From positions 88,972,001 to 89,036,000 of the forward strand of contig NW_024704743.1 of the NCBI RefSeq assembly GCF_018977255.1: a DNA stretch of 64,000 nucleotides. The letters run 5' to 3'. A model generated the notes under the pieces. The model saw only the letters and a program-made list of their open reading frames with translations. It ran no database searches and was not told the DNA's origin. The stretch is from Callorhinchus milii. Lineage: Eukaryota. A program made the position numbers and the translations under genes. Shown piece after piece: positions 61,625-64,000 of this stretch. The stretch's first letter is position 1. The number at the start of each line of letters is the position of its first letter.

Positions 61625-62645
61625 CCTAAAAGAAGTAGATGAGCAAAGAGATCTAGAGATTTTGATCTCCAAATCTCTCAAAGTAACTACCTAGATGGAT
61701 AAGGCTATATAATAGAGACAGAATATGAAAGTGAGGAGGTGATGTTGAATTTATATTTGAGGACTGGTGTTTGATTCTCGGGAACGGCGAAACCTTAGGT
61801 AAAGTAGAGGTATCTGGCTGTGGATTTCGGCAAGTTTTCTTACTCCACACACCTCTATTTAACTAACAGTAGGTATTGTTAGTCGATTGGCGGATCAATT
61901 TCTGGGGTTAATAATTCCTTCAAAGAATATATTTTTTTCAATCCACTCAATTCTCAACTGATTTTGGGACACTGCTGTGTGCAATTGGCTGCCACGTTTC
62001 AGCCACGAAAAATACATTCAATTCACTTTCCAGTATATTCTGTGAAGTGTTTTGAGACATGTCTCACAACGTGACAAAGCGCTACATCAAATGGAAGGAT
62101 TATTATCATTATACAAAATTTTGCTTAGACCACATTTGGAATATTGTGTGTGTCCAATTCTGGTCTCCACACTATGAGAAAGATATAGCAGTAATGGAAA
62201 GAGTACAGCATAGGTTTACTAGAATAATACCAGGGCTGGCAGGTTACTGTTATCATGATAGGTTGGATAGGTTAGACCTTTTTTCACTTGAGAAGAGACA
62301 CTTAAGGGGAAACCTAATAAAGGTGTTTAAAATTACTGAATAAGAGGGTTTGATAAGATAAACATAAATAGGATATTTCTACTGGATGGGGAGTCCGTAA
62401 CCAGGAAACAGGTATAAGATTGCGACTAGGAGATCTAAAAGAGAATTTAGGAGGAACTACTTCACAAAGATTGTGGAACTCACTACCTGAAACTGTGGTT
62501 GAATCAGGTAGTATAGATCCATTCAAAAGGAAGCTAAATCTTTACATGAGGTAAAGGGGAATCGAAAGGTATGGGAGTAAGGATTGGGTGAAGATGGACT
62601 AGTCAGGCCAAGTGGCCTGTTTCTGTACTGTACATTCTTTGCACA
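61625..62645 (+). mobile_element. Older CR1 3' part interrupted by a SINE (about 61758-62110)
   Basis: VQFWSPHYEKDI..MERVQHRFTRIIPGL..LFSLEKR motifs; CR1 sequence resumes after the SINE tail. Confidence 0.88.
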
Positions 62646-63024
62646 TCTTTACATAAATTGAGCTTCATTTTATCATACCTCATTCAGGAAAAGCATTGGA
62701 ATAAGAGGGGAAATGCAACTTGTGATGTAATAATAATCACTGGTGATAAGTGCCCTAAAAACCTGTCACCAACGATAGATTTAGGGAACGAACACTCCTG
62801 ACTTTGAGGGCATGTTGTTTCCCCTCAGAGCTGCTGATGGTTCAACACTAGCCCCAGTATATAAGGAATGGGGCTGCTGTTTTTGCCTGCCAATGTTTTA
62901 AGATTCCTTAAAAGATAACACCCAAAATATCAAACCTGGTAATGAGTTCCAACTGCTGACTATCCTGAGTAAAGAAATAATAATAATGGTTATTGTGTTA
63001 ATGTGTTAAAATTGACCTACACAA

Positions 63025-63366
63025 TAGTAATAACCCTTGCATTTGAGACGTCTCAAAGCGTTTCACAGAATACGATGTAAAATGAATTGATTGTATATTT
63101 TGTGGGCAAAATAAATTGCACCCAGCAGGGTCCGACAAACAGTCATGGATTGAGTGACTAATTTATTATTATTATATATTATTTGGAAGGAATTATTACC
63201 CCCGGAAAAGCAATCCACCAATTGACTAACGACCAGGTTCCGACTTACTGCTAGGTAAACAGAAGCGTGTGGAGTAAGGAAACTTGCCCAACATTTCACC
63301 CGGCCGGGAATCGAACCCAGGTCTCTCGCTTGCGAGGCGATTGATCTATCCACTGAGCTACAGGAC
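63025..63366 (-). mobile_element. tRNA-derived SINE (long, CGC-loop subfamily)
   Basis: Same head as 16401-16703 plus an extra internal segment (ctgtttacctagcagtaagt...). Confidence 0.9.
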
Positions 63367-63734
63367 TTAACAAGCTTGAACCTGTGACCACTCTTCCTGC
63401 TAGCTTGGTGTATCTAAAACTATAGTTCTGCGTTTATTTTCTGTTTTAGCAACTTATAAAAAAGGTTATCTCTGAGATATCAATTTTGAAACCTGAGTAG
63501 CCTTAGCTTATCTAATCATTTCTAGTAGCTCATCCCTCTTGACTGGGAATCAACCTCTCCACACTGCCTCTAGGATGTTAGCCTTTTAAAATAATAAAGA
63601 CAATTGACAAATTGTTCGGAACAAATCTCTCTTGTAGATGAATCAAGAACAAGACAATATAATCTTAAAATTAGAACTAAAATCTGAAAGTGAATCAGAA
63701 AACATTTGATCACACAAAGGCTATTTTAAATCTG

Positions 63735-63872
63735 TGTCTTCGGGTTACTGACCCACCTACCAATGGAAATAGTTTCTCCTTGTTCACCCTATCAAATCCC
63801 CTCACAATTTTGAAAACTTCTATTAAGTCTCCTCTTAACCTTCTCTTCTCCAAGGAGAATCATTCTAGCTTC
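63735..63872 (-). mobile_element. CR1 ORF2 fragment
   Basis: Reverse complement reads FSLEKRRLRGDLIEVFKIVRGFDRV. Confidence 0.85.
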
Positions 63873-64000
63873 TAGTGGCTATGCATTGGAAAAAGAGATC
63901 TGTAGGATATTCTTTGTACAAATTTGCATAGTTTTGAATCAGGCCCTGTAGAGATTTATAGATTAACAGGTAATTTTGTCAGGATACCAGATGGCAAAAG

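Noticed and set aside
60087..64000. RIPK2 exon 1 or promoter
   Set aside because: No Gly-loop or VAVK-coding sequence and no CpG island found; the region is intronic repeats, so exon 1 lies beyond the window.

Overview
Vertebrate genomic DNA, most likely from a cartilaginous fish. This is inferred from the abundant L2 and CR1 LINEs, Deu-domain and tRNA-derived SINEs, and a RIPK2 of conserved exon structure. The right half holds RIPK2 on the minus strand: nine coding exons from 60086 to 29697 with canonical GT-AG sites and consistent phases, encoding about 477 aa (kinase subdomains, linker and C-terminal CARD). Exon 1 is not in the window. Downstream of RIPK2 (lower coordinates) is a frameshifted, unprocessed pseudo-exon of an SLC7 amino-acid transporter light chain (y+LAT/SLC7A6-7-like). 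Weaker colinear relics suggest two decayed SLC7 genes in tandem. Other notable items are a near-perfect 40-bp hairpin in the probable RIPK2 3' UTR and an unclassified repeat family with inverted termini and zinc-finger-like remnants. There are also nested transposon insertions and inverted LINE pairs that bracket RIPK2 kinase exons. No CRISPR, rRNA or bona fide tRNA genes were seen. Most short ORFs in the track are repeat-derived or noise. Repeat boundaries are approximate.
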